A stretch of 64,000 bases of DNA from Bacteroidia bacterium (GCA_965279035.1 OZ257142.1:1456580-1520579), one strand, 5' to 3'; shown: positions 1 to 10,473, counted from the stretch's first letter. Made by a program: numbers and translations. Notes: generated by a model not told the origin, from the sequence alone.

Positions 1-764
1 TTCAAAACAGTCGGATGTGTTTTTCCTAATATCAGAAATACACTATCCGGATGCTTTTTCACTACCTCTGGAAGTGCCTTCAAAGTGCTTTCAATGCATT
101 TTCCACTACTTATTAATCCAAAAGTCGATAAGACTATTTTGCCACTTAAATTAGCTTTCAATTTTAAATTCTCTTTATCACGATATTCCACCAAATGAGT
201 GCCGTGAGGTATTATTGTTATTAAATTTGGTGAAACTCCATAATCTCTAATTAATATTTCTTGTGAGTATTTTGTCATTACAATGATCGAATCTACCAGA
301 TTTGCTATTTCTTGAACATGGACTAAATGTTTAGAGTTTGGATTGGGTAGAACAGTGTGAAATACTATAATTACAGGTTTTTTTATGTTTTTTATCAAAT
401 CACAAAACTCATTTTCCTTGTTCTCAAATAGTCCAAATTCATGTTGAATTAGTACCATCGATAATCGCTCATTTTGATTGATTTCTCTTTTGATTTTCAA
501 GTAATCTTCTGGCTGATCTGTATTTAATATACTACCAACTCCATTTGGATATGTATGTTTTTCGTTTTTTGATTCAAGTGGACAAATGGTTAATTTAAAT
601 GAATCTCCAAATTTCTTTTTGAGAGCATTTATTAAATCAGTCGTATACGTAGCAATTCCACATTCTCTTGGAGGATATGTACTAATAAATAATACTTCAG
701 GAATTTGATTTAAATAGTGATGAACCGATATGCCGTTTCTTAAGCTAGATCTAAATTCATTCAT
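1..764 (-). CDS. Glycosyltransferase family 4 (group 1), N-terminal part; 3' end lies beyond the window start
   Basis: Absent from the ORF track because it runs off the edge. My reverse-strand translation from the ATG at 764-762 reads MNEFRSSLRNGISVHHYLNQIPEVLFISTYPPRECGIATYTTDLINALKK...IQHEFGLF...VFHTVLPNP...LSTFGLISSGK and stays open to position 1. The STYPPxxCGIAxYT N-terminus is typical of GT4 mannosyltransferase-like enzymes. Confidence 0.7.
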   Translation of the reverse strand, partial: MNEFRSSLRNGISVHHYLNQIPEVLFISTYPPRECGIATYTTDLINALKKKFGDSFKLTICPLESKNEKHTYPNGVGSILNTDQPEDYLKIKREINQNERLSMVLIQHEFGLFENKENEFCDLIKNIKKPVIIVFHTVLPNPNSKHLVHVQEIANLVDSIIVMTKYSQEILIRDYGVSPNLITIIPHGTHLVEYRDKENLKLKANLSGKIVLSTFGLISSGKCIESTLKALPEVVKKHPDSVFLILGKTHPTVL

Positions 765-786
765 ACTACGTAGGGAAAGTTCATTT

Positions 787-1833
787 CTACTTATTTTCAT
801 TGCTAACTGTATTAGATAGTAATTCTTTTATTAATCCTGATAAACTCACTGATGCGCATGCAATTTGCTCATCAGCTGCCCCGTAATAAATGTAAAGGCT
901 ATCTTCGAAAATGGCTGTTCCCGTTGGAAAACAAACATTATTGACAACGCCCGTTAATTCCCATTGTTGATCAGGATAAAAAAGCGGATAAGGTAAGCGA
1001 GCAATTTCTTTTTGAGGATCTTCTAAATCAAGTAAAGCGGCACAACTGGTATACATATACCCATTAATTGTATCATGAACTCCATGATATATTAACAACC
1101 ATCCACTTTCTGTTTCAATTGGTGGACAACCACCACCTATATAACTTACTTCATGTTTGTATTTTGGGGATAATACGATGAATTTGTGTAAGTGTAGAAA
1201 ATAGTTTTGCCAAAATTCGGTTGTAAGTTCTTCAAATGAATGAAAACTAACAATTTGAATATCTGGTCTTACTCGATGTAAAAAATGAATTTTATCGTTT
1301 ATCTTTCTTGGAAATAAAATTACATTCTTATCCCATATTAATACTTTTTTCCCATTTATTTCTTGCACTTTATTGTGTTCATTATATCGCAAGTATTTCT
1401 CATTCAATGTACCTTTTGATTCAGCTAAATGACTGAATTCTTGATAGGTAATTTGTGGGACAATAATTCCCTTTTTTTCAAAATGAATTAAATCTGTAGA
1501 TGTTGCTAATGCACCCATTGCATTTACTCCATCGTAAGCTGTATAGGTTAAATAATAGATTCCTTCAATGCATACTATTCTCGGATCTTCTGTTCCTTTT
1601 GATTCATAGTCAAATTGGGGGAAAATTAACGGAGTATCGAGACGTTCTATTACCTGCAATGGCCCAGATAGTTTACAAAATCCAATGCTCGAATAATTAC
1701 CCTTACTTACAGCTCTATAAAACAGATATACTTCGCCTTCAACTTTGATAATTGCTGGATTCAGAACGCCCTCATTTTCAAAACCATTTCCAGTTTTTAC
1801 TAATATAACACCTTCTTTCTTTACTTCAATCAT
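787..1833 (-). CDS. GH130-family glycosidase / beta-mannoside phosphorylase-like protein (DUF377 fold)
   Basis: 348 aa. Motifs NEGVLNPAII...YLFYRAV, TEDPRIV...YYLTYTAYDG and YYGAADE are characteristic of five-bladed GH130 enzymes. It lies 22 nt downstream of the GT4 gene on the same strand. Confidence 0.75.
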   Translation of the reverse strand: MIEVKKEGVILVKTGNGFENEGVLNPAIIKVEGEVYLFYRAVSKGNYSSIGFCKLSGPLQVIERLDTPLIFPQFDYESKGTEDPRIVCIEGIYYLTYTAYDGVNAMGALATSTDLIHFEKKGIIVPQITYQEFSHLAESKGTLNEKYLRYNEHNKVQEINGKKVLIWDKNVILFPRKINDKIHFLHRVRPDIQIVSFHSFEELTTEFWQNYFLHLHKFIVLSPKYKHEVSYIGGGCPPIETESGWLLIYHGVHDTINGYMYTSCAALLDLEDPQKEIARLPYPLFYPDQQWELTGVVNNVCFPTGTAIFEDSLYIYYGAADEQIACASVSLSGLIKELLSNTVSNENK

Positions 1834-2321
1834 GGCCTTGTTTTGTATATGAATAATGCAATTACTCCCATTGAAATGAATGTTAAAATAAAAATGGCAA
1901 TGTATCTACTCACTCCAAATTCTTCCACTAAAATTCTTAATGGATATCCTATTGTTGAGTACATTACTGAAAGGAGCGTTTTCCTTCCATTCTTACTTTT
2001 TATTATATATTCATCAGCACCATGCTGAAATGCTTCAATTGATGCTGCAACGTGCTCGTTTGAAGTAAACATTATTACTTCTGTATTTGGATTAATTTCT
2101 TTTATTTTTCCAATGACTTCATTCCCTTTATTCCCTTCTAAATAAACATCCATTATCACTATTTCAGTACTATTGTTGATGTTTTTTAATGCCTCTTGAC
2201 TACTGAAATATTTAGAAATCGCAATCGTATTATTGAATTTATTTTTAAGAAAAAGTTCTAATTCAGAAGCCATCTTTAAATTATCATCAATAATGAAAAC
2301 ATTCGTAAATACTGGATTCAT
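1830..2321 (-). CDS. Response-regulator receiver protein with a C-terminal transmembrane helix
   Basis: CheY-like receiver (FIIDDN...VIMDVYLEGNKGNEV...MFTSNEH). It is followed by the hydrophobic tail YIAIFILTFISMGVIALFIY instead of an output domain. Its stop overlaps the GH130 start by 4 nt. Confidence 0.7.
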   Translation of the reverse strand: MNPVFTNVFIIDDNLKMASELELFLKNKFNNTIAISKYFSSQEALKNINNSTEIVIMDVYLEGNKGNEVIGKIKEINPNTEVIMFTSNEHVAASIEAFQHGADEYIIKSKNGRKTLLSVMYSTIGYPLRILVEEFGVSRYIAIFILTFISMGVIALFIYKTRP

Positions 2322-2372
2322 GGTTTCTCGTATTGAAATGATTGAAAATATTTGTTAATTGAATTTGAAAGC

Positions 2373-2603
2373 TTAAACTTTTGAATTAGGCACTTGAATA
2401 TGACTTAATTCATATTTATTCATTAATTCATTCAGTGAATTCAAATATTCTTCAAGTGATTTATCTTGAATTTCTCCTTCTTTATATCTACTTGAATTTA
2501 GTGGCATTTCACCTATGTATATTGAAAGCTCAGGAAATCGTTTTGTTATTTCCTGGGTTTTTTCTAAAATCTTCTTCATTAAAAATTCACTGGATTTAGT
2601 CAT
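2373..2603 (-). CDS. Hypothetical small protein (76 aa)
   Basis: ORF only. It sits compactly between flanking same-strand genes and has no recognisable motif. Confidence 0.4.
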   Translation of the reverse strand: MTKSSEFLMKKILEKTQEITKRFPELSIYIGEMPLNSSRYKEGEIQDKSLEEYLNSLNELMNKYELSHIQVPNSKV

Positions 2604-2624
2604 TCTATTTATGTTGTCTTGGAT

Positions 2625-3320
2625 TTACATTTTTTCACAAATCAGAATGCATTTTTCTACATGATCTAAATGCATTTTTAGTGTAAGAAGTGTTGTTTGA
2701 GCCCATATCTTAATTTCAATATTGGATGTTTCTTTTATTTCCTTTTCAAATGAGTTTATAGCTTCTTTATGTCCAAGAGCCATCATTTCACAATAAGCCA
2801 TGTCAAATGCTTTTCCTGAATTCTTATTTAATTTTTCAAATGATGCAATTGCTTTATCACTAGCAGCTGACGGAACTATGATATTATTCTTTTGAGCAAT
2901 TTCTGTCAGAGAATTCAAGGTGTTTCCATGCTCTAATACGAGCATTTGTGCTAATTCTCTTACTTCTTTAGTTTGAGTTTTCTGTTCTGCTAAATCACCC
3001 AGGCGCATTTCTTCCAAGCTTATTTCAGCAGCATTTATTAAAAATTTTGAATCTACTTCGTTTATTGATTTAACTGGTGATTTTTCATCTCCCGAAACTG
3101 TATTTTCATTCGATTTTTGTACATTATTACATGCACTTAGTATGATTAATCCAATTAAGAAGAGGAATGAATATTTTTCTTTTCTTAATTTATTTCCTAA
3201 AAATGCTGACCTCGAGTTTTTAATTTTAGGAGATGGAATTGAAATTAATTCATTTTCCTTTTTTTGATTTAATTTCAAATAGTTTTCAATCTCTTGAATG
3301 AAATTATTAATCGTTATCAT
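2625..3320 (-). CDS. DUF4142-family putative lipoprotein
   Basis: Lipobox-like LIILSAC. The C-terminal helical domain (FLINAAEISLEEMRLGDLAEQK...ELAQMLVLEHGN...AYCEMMALGHKEAI) matches my recall of DUF4142. The true start is probably downstream of the annotated Met. Confidence 0.6.
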   Translation of the reverse strand: MITINNFIQEIENYLKLNQKKENELISIPSPKIKNSRSAFLGNKLRKEKYSFLFLIGLIILSACNNVQKSNENTVSGDEKSPVKSINEVDSKFLINAAEISLEEMRLGDLAEQKTQTKEVRELAQMLVLEHGNTLNSLTEIAQKNNIIVPSAASDKAIASFEKLNKNSGKAFDMAYCEMMALGHKEAINSFEKEIKETSNIEIKIWAQTTLLTLKMHLDHVEKCILICEKM

Positions 3321-3431
3321 ATTGAAACTTGTTCGTAAATGAATTATTACGATTCAAATTTCCTTCTATATATCTTATTATCTATTACATAAAAAGAGTA
3401 CTTAATTACACTATTCTTAGGAACGAATTCG

Positions 3432-3866
3432 CTACATTCTATCTTTATACCAAGATAATATATTCTCCATTTTTTTAAAACGTGAAATCGAGTTAATGAT
3501 TTTCTGAATTCTTAAAAACGCTGTTTCACTCTTTACAACATAATCAAATGCTCTGTGATGCATACATTCTATTGCAACTTCTATTTTGTCTTGAGACGAT
3601 AACATAATTACAGGTATATCTGGATTATATTCCTTTATCTTATCTAATACCTGAATTCCATTCATGGCAAAGCGATCTAAACCATCTAAGTGATAGTCTA
3701 GAATGATAATATCAGGTGTTAAATTAAGTTCAACTAAACACAATTCACCTGTCTCAAATGTCTTGATTTCATATTCATTATGAAGTCTGAAATCATTTTC
3801 AAGTAGTTTTAGATAAATTGAATCATCATCAACTAGGAATATTAATACCTTTTTCTCCGTATTCAT
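3432..3866 (-). CDS. Stand-alone response regulator (receiver only)
   Basis: FLVDDD...IILDYHLDG...VIMLSSQDK receiver signature. It overlaps the end of the hybrid kinase gene by 38 nt. Confidence 0.8.
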   Translation of the reverse strand: MNTEKKVLIFLVDDDSIYLKLLENDFRLHNEYEIKTFETGELCLVELNLTPDIIILDYHLDGLDRFAMNGIQVLDKIKEYNPDIPVIMLSSQDKIEVAIECMHHRAFDYVVKSETAFLRIQKIINSISRFKKMENILSWYKDRM

Positions 3867-5862
3867 TTTTAAATTTTAATTGTTTAATTTCCTCTTGTAA
3901 TTCAATGCAAGATTGTTCACAGGTTTTTTCTATTAATTCAATTAAATCATGAATTCCATCATCCTGTTGTCGACTTCTTGCGAATTCTTGAATCTGTCTT
4001 GCCACATTCTCAATTTCTTTATTAATTCCCATGATTGAAAAAGATGGAATCATTTTATGAACAGCCATTTGAAGGGATTTCCAATCTTCCTCCTTCAAAC
4101 TTTTTTTCATTGCATTAATTAAAACCGGCGTCTGTTCCAAGTAAAGAGATATTATCTCTTTCATTAATATTGGATCTGATTTAGTTCTTTGATGTAAAAA
4201 TTCAAGATTAATTAATTTTAGGGGTTTTAATATCACTTTGTCAAGCTCAAATATGTTCTTATTTATTTGACTTTTAGGATGAACTAACCCTATCATTTTC
4301 GAATACAAAATCCGTTCATCAACCGGCTTTGCTATATAATCATTCATTCCTGCCGCTTTGCATTTTTGTATGTCAACGGTTGTCACATCAGCAGTTAATG
4401 CAATAATGGGGGTTTTTAGTTTCAATTTTTTTCTTATCACATTCGTAGCTTCAAAACCATTCATTTCTGGCATTTGAAGATCCATTAAGATAATATCATA
4501 ATTATTTTTGTTTTTAAGCATTTCTATTGCTACCTTTCCATTTTCAGCAATATCATAATCAAACCCAAAATCATCTAATAATGTTTTCATTAAAAGCTGA
4601 TTAAGTTTAATATCTTCTACAACTAAAATTCTAATATTCTTAATTTCACTATTATATTCTGGACCTTCTACTTCCAATTCAGGAAGTTCTATTGTTTTCT
4701 TAAAATTTAACTTGAAACTAAAAGTTGAACCATGTTTTAGCTTACTTGTTAGATGAATAGTTCCTTTCTGTGATTCAATTAACTGTTTCACTATTGCTAA
4801 GCCTAATCCAGTGCCTCCATATATTCGAGAGGTTCCATTTGTTGCTTGTTGGAAATTTTCAAATATTTTTAGTTTTTTATCCTCAGGTATTCCGATTCCT
4901 GTATCTGACACTGAAAATAGTACTGTTATAGTTTCATTTGTTTCTTCAACAAGTTTTAATTTAACAGTTATTGATCCTTCTTGTGTAAATTTTATTGCAT
5001 TACTCAATAAATTCAGCATAATTTGATTGAGTCGCATAGCATCCCCCAATACTATTTCTGGTATATATGAATCATATTTTTCATGTAACACCAAATTCTT
5101 TTCTTGAATTTTATTTTCAAATAATTGCAAATTCATTTTAATTCCTTGAACTAAACGAAATGGCTTTTCCTCAAATACCATATTTCCAGAATCAACTTTT
5201 GCTAAATCAAGAATATCATTGATTAAAACAACCATTGAATCTCCACTTGTTTTAATTGCATTCAAGTATTCTTTCTGTTTTGCACTAATTTCTGTCTTTA
5301 ATATAACTTTTGTAAATCCGATAATGGCATTCATAGGAGTCCTAATTTCATGACTCATATTCGATAAAAATTGTTGCTTTGACTTGAGGGCCTCTTCAGC
5401 TATTTTCATTGATTTCTCAGCCTTTTCACGTGCCTTCTCGGCCATTGTTTTTGCTTCTTCGGCCTTAATATTTGCATTCATTAATTCTCGTTCAATTCGC
5501 TTTTGTTCGGTTACATCTCTTGCTACCACAACTGCTCCAAGTGCATTCCCTTCTTCATCTTTATATAAAGATCCATTAAACAACACATCGGTCAGTTTCC
5601 CATCTCGAATTGTGAGAGGATAATTCTTCACAAATCCTTTTAGAAATATTTTCTGATATACTTCCCGAGCTCTTTCTGGTTCAGTGAAATAATCATAAAA
5701 ATGTGTACCAATTAATTCCTTTTTTGATACACCAGTTATGGTCGACATCGCTTCATTCGTATCCGTAATTTCTCCTGCAGAACTAATTGTGATTAGTGGG
5801 TCAAGACTGGCTTCAATCAAGCTTCGGGCATAATTCGATGTATACTGTTTTATTTTTATCAT
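3829..5862 (-). CDS. Hybrid sensor histidine kinase (PAS-coiled coil-HisKA-HATPase-REC-Hpt)
   Basis: PAS (ITGVSKKELIGTHFYDYF), H-box SNMSHEIRTPMNAIIG, G-boxes DTGIGIPEDK and GGTGLGLAIVK, receiver ILVVEDIKLNQ...ILMDLQMPEMNG, and Hpt HKMIPSFSIMG. Confidence 0.9.
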   Translation of the reverse strand: MIKIKQYTSNYARSLIEASLDPLITISSAGEITDTNEAMSTITGVSKKELIGTHFYDYFTEPERAREVYQKIFLKGFVKNYPLTIRDGKLTDVLFNGSLYKDEEGNALGAVVVARDVTEQKRIERELMNANIKAEEAKTMAEKAREKAEKSMKIAEEALKSKQQFLSNMSHEIRTPMNAIIGFTKVILKTEISAKQKEYLNAIKTSGDSMVVLINDILDLAKVDSGNMVFEEKPFRLVQGIKMNLQLFENKIQEKNLVLHEKYDSYIPEIVLGDAMRLNQIMLNLLSNAIKFTQEGSITVKLKLVEETNETITVLFSVSDTGIGIPEDKKLKIFENFQQATNGTSRIYGGTGLGLAIVKQLIESQKGTIHLTSKLKHGSTFSFKLNFKKTIELPELEVEGPEYNSEIKNIRILVVEDIKLNQLLMKTLLDDFGFDYDIAENGKVAIEMLKNKNNYDIILMDLQMPEMNGFEATNVIRKKLKLKTPIIALTADVTTVDIQKCKAAGMNDYIAKPVDERILYSKMIGLVHPKSQINKNIFELDKVILKPLKLINLEFLHQRTKSDPILMKEIISLYLEQTPVLINAMKKSLKEEDWKSLQMAVHKMIPSFSIMGINKEIENVARQIQEFARSRQQDDGIHDLIELIEKTCEQSCIELQEEIKQLKFKNEYGEKGINIPS

Positions 5863-6446
5863 TTCAATAAAATAGAATTCATTTCACCAATTTCTTCAAT
5901 CGGACTCCTTCTTTTATCTTTTAGTTTTTTAAAGTGTGTTGGTGATAAACCTGTTGCTTTCTTGAATTGATTTGATAAATGCGCAACACTGCTATAATGC
6001 ATCTTCCATGCTATTTCTGTTATATTTAATTCATCATAAATAATTAATTCTTTAATCCTCTCTATTTTATTGGATATAATATATTGTTCTATTGTACTCC
6101 CTTGAACTTCTGAAAATAAATTGGCTAAATAGGTATAATCATAATTTAATTTACTACTTAAATACTCTGAAAAATTAACCTTAATCCTCTCATCTGTATA
6201 ATGAACCATTTCAATAATTGAATTTTTAATTTTTTCGATCAATACTGACTTTTTATCATCCATTAACTCAAGACCTGATTTGAGTAATTCAGCTTTTAAT
6301 TGCATTCGTGTTTCCTTATCAATCTCCTCCATTATTTCTATTTCACCTAAGTCAACAACAACAAAATGAAGATCAAGCTTTTTAAGCTCCTCCTTCACCA
6401 TCATCTTGCAACGATTACTAACCATGTATTTTATATATAGCTTCAA
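5859..6446 (-). CDS. AraC-family transcriptional regulator
   Basis: C-terminal HTH_18-like region (LSSKLNYDYTYLANLFSE...ITEIAWKMHYSSVAHLSNQFKKATGLSPTHF). 4-nt overlap with the kinase start. Confidence 0.8.
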   Translation of the reverse strand: MKLYIKYMVSNRCKMMVKEELKKLDLHFVVVDLGEIEIMEEIDKETRMQLKAELLKSGLELMDDKKSVLIEKIKNSIIEMVHYTDERIKVNFSEYLSSKLNYDYTYLANLFSEVQGSTIEQYIISNKIERIKELIIYDELNITEIAWKMHYSSVAHLSNQFKKATGLSPTHFKKLKDKRRSPIEEIGEMNSILLK

Positions 6447-6708
6447 TGGAGTATATTTTTAACATTCAAATTTGATCACTAATGTTCACCTGAACCTTAT
6501 GGTTTGAATTCAATTCTTTGCATAATTCACACATTCAGATTTTGTTATAATTTACACATAATTACTATCTAAAATACATCCTACTATATTCAACTCAATT
6601 ATTCTTATGCTCATATACACTAAGATACAAGACAAAGATTTTCATTTCAACCTGCAATGGTTTGGCTTTTTTGTCATTTCTTTTACTTTTACCACTTACC
6701 CAATTTCT

Positions 6709-9700
6709 ATGTTCAAACGTTCCCTTACATTTTTATCTCTTTTCATTTCATTTACAATTTCCGCCCAAAAAAAGCCTAACTCAAAATCTGAAACTAAGCC
6801 CGATTGGGATGTAAATATTCCTATTGGTCCAACCAAAAGTGTTTCGTTTGACCTCGATGAAGGAACTTGGATGAATTTAGATGTGAGTCCTGATGGGAAA
6901 TCCATCGTCTTTGACTTGCTAGGTGATATCTATTCAATGCCCAGTTCAGGCGGAAAGGCACAATGCTTACGTGCTGGTTTAGCCTATGAAGTTCAGCCAC
7001 GCTTTAGTCCTGATGGCAAGTTTATTTCTTTTACCAGTGATGCTGGTGGTGGTGATAATATTTGGATTATGAATTCAGATGGTACGAATTCTCGTCAAGT
7101 TACAAAAGAAGACTTTCGATTATTGAATAATGCCGTTTGGACTCCTGACGGAAAATACCTCATCGCAAGGAAGCATTTTACTAGTACCCGTTCAGCTGGT
7201 GCTGGTGAATTATGGATGTATCATATTTCGGGTGGAAGTGGAATTCAACTAACTCAAAAGAAAAATGATCAACAAGATTTAGGAGAACCATTCGTATCAA
7301 CAGATAATCGTTATGTGTACTATAGCGAGGATGTTTATCCAGGTGGATATTTTCAATACAACAAGGATCCCAATTCCCAGATTTATGTCATCAAACGACT
7401 GGATCGGAAAACAGGAACAAACGATATTGTTGTTCGTGGTCCGGGTGGTGCTGTGCGTCCTACTTTATCGCATGATGGGAAACACATTGCTTTTGTAAGA
7501 AGAGTTCGTGAAAAAACAGTTCTCTTTATTCGTGAACTTTCAAGTGGTATTGAAAAACCGGTTTATACAGAGTTAAGCAAGGATCAACAAGAAGCATGGG
7601 CTATTTTTGGAGTCTATTCTAATTTCAATTGGTCGCCCGATGATCAAGCTATTTATATTTGGGCTAAAGGGAAAATTCGGAAAATAGCTGTTTCCTCTGG
7701 ACAATCAGAAGTAGTACCTTTCCAAGTTACCAGTTCACATAAAATATCAGAAGCACTCCATTTTCAACAAGAGGCAGCACCTGATTCTTTTGATGTAAAA
7801 ACAATCCGACAGGCAATCACTTCTCCCGATAATAAATACATCGTATTTAATGCTGTTGGATATCTCTGGAAAAAAGACCTTCCATCTGGTAAACCAACAC
7901 GTTTAACAAAATCTGAGAATTTTGAATTTGAACCAACATTCTCACCCGATGGGAAATCGCTTGCTTTTGTTAGTTGGAGCGATACTTCACTTGGAGCAAT
8001 ATGTGTTTTCGATATCAACAATAGAACTGTCAAATCGGTTACGAAAGAAAAAGGAATTTATAGAACACCTTCATTTTCGCCCGATGCAAGCAAATTGGTT
8101 TACCTCAAAGAGGAAGGAAATGATCATCAGGGCTTCTCTTATTGCAATGAACCTGGTATTTATATTTTGTCATTGAAGGACTTTTCCACAAGTAAAATCC
8201 AAATTGATGGTGAAAATCCTCGTTTTAGTGCTGACGGAAAACGAATCTTTTTTCAAACTGGAGGTTACCTTTTTGGTGCATTAGATAAAGCGTTTAAGAG
8301 TGTTGACTTGAATGGATTTGATGAAAAAACGCACTATACTTCAACCTATGCAAATCTCTTTGTGCCAAGTCCCGACAACCAATGGTTAGCATTTACAGAA
8401 TTATTTAAAGTGTATATCACCCCATTAATTCAAACAGGGAAGGCACTTAGCTTGAGCAATGGAACTGATTCGTATCCATTAAAAATGGTTTCGGAAGAGG
8501 CTGGAATTAATTTGCATTGGACTGCAACAACGAATCAATTGCATTGGACGTTGGGGGATACATATTATAGTACAGATGTAAAATACTGGTTAGACTTAAA
8601 CCAAGGAGTTGAAGCACCAAAGCCAGTAAGTTCAGGTTTGAAAGTGGGTCTTCGTTTAGCTCATGATAAACCACTTGGTTCAGTTGCATATATCAATGCA
8701 CGAATTATTACCATGAAGGATAGTTCTTCCATTATTGAAAATGGGACGATACTTACAAAAGGAAATCGCATTGTTCAAATTGGATTAAACGATGCTGTCT
8801 CTATTCCTATCGATGCTCAAGTGGTGAACTGTTCTGGCAAAACAATAATGCCAGGAATTATTGACGTGCATGCTCATCTTGGAACATTTCGCTATGGCTT
8901 GAGTCCGCAACAACAATGGTCATATTTTGCCAATTTAGCTTTTGGTGTTACTACCACGCATGATCCATCCTCGAATACCGAAATGGTATTTTCACAAAGT
9001 GAGATGGTGAAAGCAGGCATCATGACCGGTCCACGGATTTTTTCTACTGGTATTATTTTATATGGAGCTGATGGCGATTTCAAAGCGCAAATTAATAAGT
9101 TGGATGATGCTCGATTTGCATTAAAACGTACCAAAGCTTTTGGAGCATTTAGTGTAAAAAGTTACAATCAACCACGTCGTAACCAACGCCAACAAGTAAT
9201 TGCAGCAGCCAGAGAATTGCAAATGGAAGTGGTGCCTGAAGGTGGATCACATTTCTTTCATAATATGAGTATGATACTCGATGGTCATACGGGTATTGAG
9301 CATAACATACCTGTTGCGGATATATACAATGACGTAGTGAAACTTTGGAGCAATTCTAAAACGGGTTACACTCCAACATTGATTGTTAGTTATGGAGCAA
9401 TTAATGGGGAATATTATTACTATCAAAAAGATAAAATTTGGGAAAACGCACGTCTTCTCAATTTTACTCCAAGGGCTTTAGTCGATCCACGTTCACGTTA
9501 TCGTACGGCAGTACCGGATGAAGAATATTACAATGGACACATGTTAATTGCTCGTTCTTGCAAAAAGCTAGTTGATGCAGGTGTTCGCGTTAATTTGGGT
9601 GCACACGGACAAATTCAAGGCTTAGGTGCACACTGGGAATTAAAAATGTTAGCCTCAGGTGGAATGAGTAATTACCAAGCTCTACAATGCGCTACTGTAA

Positions 9701-9993
9701 ATGGTGCATATTATATTGGTATGGAGAAAGATCTTGGAACACTCGAAGTTGGGAAATTGGCCGATTTCATTGTCTTGGATTCTAATCCATTGGATGATAT
9801 TAATAATATAGGAACGATAAAATACACTGTTGCGAATGGGACAGGGTATGATTCGATGTCAATGCAACCATTAAATCTGAAATTGAGAAAACGTATGCCT
9901 TTCTATTTTGAACAGCTCTATGGAAATAACGATTTTCATTGGCATGATGAAACTCACAGTTTTCACGGATTGAATTGTGGTTGTAGAAAGTAG
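6709..9993 (+). CDS. Secreted TolB-like beta-propeller / amidohydrolase fusion protein
   Basis: Signal peptide MFKRSLTFLSLFISFTISAQ (start moved to 6709). Repeated PD40 motifs (FSPDGK, WTPDGK, FSADGK). C-terminal metal-dependent amidohydrolase motif PGIIDVHAHLG. Confidence 0.85.
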   Translation: MFKRSLTFLSLFISFTISAQKKPNSKSETKPDWDVNIPIGPTKSVSFDLDEGTWMNLDVSPDGKSIVFDLLGDIYSMPSSGGKAQCLRAGLAYEVQPRFSPDGKFISFTSDAGGGDNIWIMNSDGTNSRQVTKEDFRLLNNAVWTPDGKYLIARKHFTSTRSAGAGELWMYHISGGSGIQLTQKKNDQQDLGEPFVSTDNRYVYYSEDVYPGGYFQYNKDPNSQIYVIKRLDRKTGTNDIVVRGPGGAVRPTLSHDGKHIAFVRRVREKTVLFIRELSSGIEKPVYTELSKDQQEAWAIFGVYSNFNWSPDDQAIYIWAKGKIRKIAVSSGQSEVVPFQVTSSHKISEALHFQQEAAPDSFDVKTIRQAITSPDNKYIVFNAVGYLWKKDLPSGKPTRLTKSENFEFEPTFSPDGKSLAFVSWSDTSLGAICVFDINNRTVKSVTKEKGIYRTPSFSPDASKLVYLKEEGNDHQGFSYCNEPGIYILSLKDFSTSKIQIDGENPRFSADGKRIFFQTGGYLFGALDKAFKSVDLNGFDEKTHYTSTYANLFVPSPDNQWLAFTELFKVYITPLIQTGKALSLSNGTDSYPLKMVSEEAGINLHWTATTNQLHWTLGDTYYSTDVKYWLDLNQGVEAPKPVSSGLKVGLRLAHDKPLGSVAYINARIITMKDSSSIIENGTILTKGNRIVQIGLNDAVSIPIDAQVVNCSGKTIMPGIIDVHAHLGTFRYGLSPQQQWSYFANLAFGVTTTHDPSSNTEMVFSQSEMVKAGIMTGPRIFSTGIILYGADGDFKAQINKLDDARFALKRTKAFGAFSVKSYNQPRRNQRQQVIAAARELQMEVVPEGGSHFFHNMSMILDGHTGIEHNIPVADIYNDVVKLWSNSKTGYTPTLIVSYGAINGEYYYYQKDKIWENARLLNFTPRALVDPRSRYRTAVPDEEYYNGHMLIARSCKKLVDAGVRVNLGAHGQIQGLGAHWELKMLASGGMSNYQALQCATVNGAYYIGMEKDLGTLEVGKLADFIVLDSNPLDDINNIGTIKYTVANGTGYDSMSMQPLNLKLRKRMPFYFEQLYGNNDFHWHDETHSFHGLNCGCRK

Positions 9994-10081
9994 TAGTTAA
10001 TACCTGTTTCGTCAAAAAGCCTAACAGTGTTCTTTTTGATGTTTAATATTTAAATGTTTGATTGACTATCGTATAAAAAAT

Positions 10082-10106
10082 GCTCTTCGTTTGAGGAGCT
10101 TTTTTT
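10082..10106. terminator. Rho-independent terminator, bidirectional shape
   Basis: GCTCTTC-gttt-GAGGAGC stem (7 bp with one G.U), flanked by an A-run at 10075-10080 and a T-run at 10100-10106. It lies 89 nt after the amidohydrolase stop. Confidence 0.6.
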
Positions 10107-10219
10107 GTTTACAGATGTATTTATTTTCCACCCCATTCGTTTAATATATTGATAATCAAATAAATAACTATCGTAGTTATTAACACTATCTAGTTCATTG
10201 CTTTTAATAAGGCAGCTGA

Positions 10220-10447
10220 TTAACAGCAGTTTACTACCTCTATCTTCGACAGTATGATACGGTTGTTCGGTTTACTTAGTTGTCTGCTCGCCTTGTTCTT
10301 GCTGCCCTTGAACCTTCGTTTGCTTTCAGATGCAATGGGGATGAGTTCAAATGGTTCACTTTCTGGATCTTGTTCTGGAAGTTGGATTCTTTTTGCTCTA
10401 CTCTCATTAACAACTTTATTATCAGCATTTGCTGGTATTAAAGTCAT
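10220..10447 (-). CDS. Hypothetical small hydrophilic protein (75 aa); uncertain
   Basis: ORF only. Lys/Glu/Ser-rich. It competes with an antisense ORF at 10254..10460 and would use the terminator at 10082-10106. Confidence 0.25.
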   Translation of the reverse strand: MTLIPANADNKVVNESRAKRIQLPEQDPESEPFELIPIASESKRRFKGSKNKASRQLSKPNNRIILSKIEVVNCC

Positions 10448-10473
10448 TCGTAGAGCATAAGTTCATTTTCAGC

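Noticed and set aside
1-1833. GT4 + GH130 pair as a novel glycan system
   Set aside because: This pairing (mannoside synthesis or phosphorolysis) is common, the GT4 gene is truncated by the window edge, and nothing unusual is visible.
10254-10460. 68-aa hydrophobic plus-strand ORF
   Set aside because: It is fully antisense to the 10220..10447 ORF, is Leu/Ser-rich and has no ribosome-binding or promoter context. Neither ORF can be confirmed, so only the minus one is listed, at low confidence.
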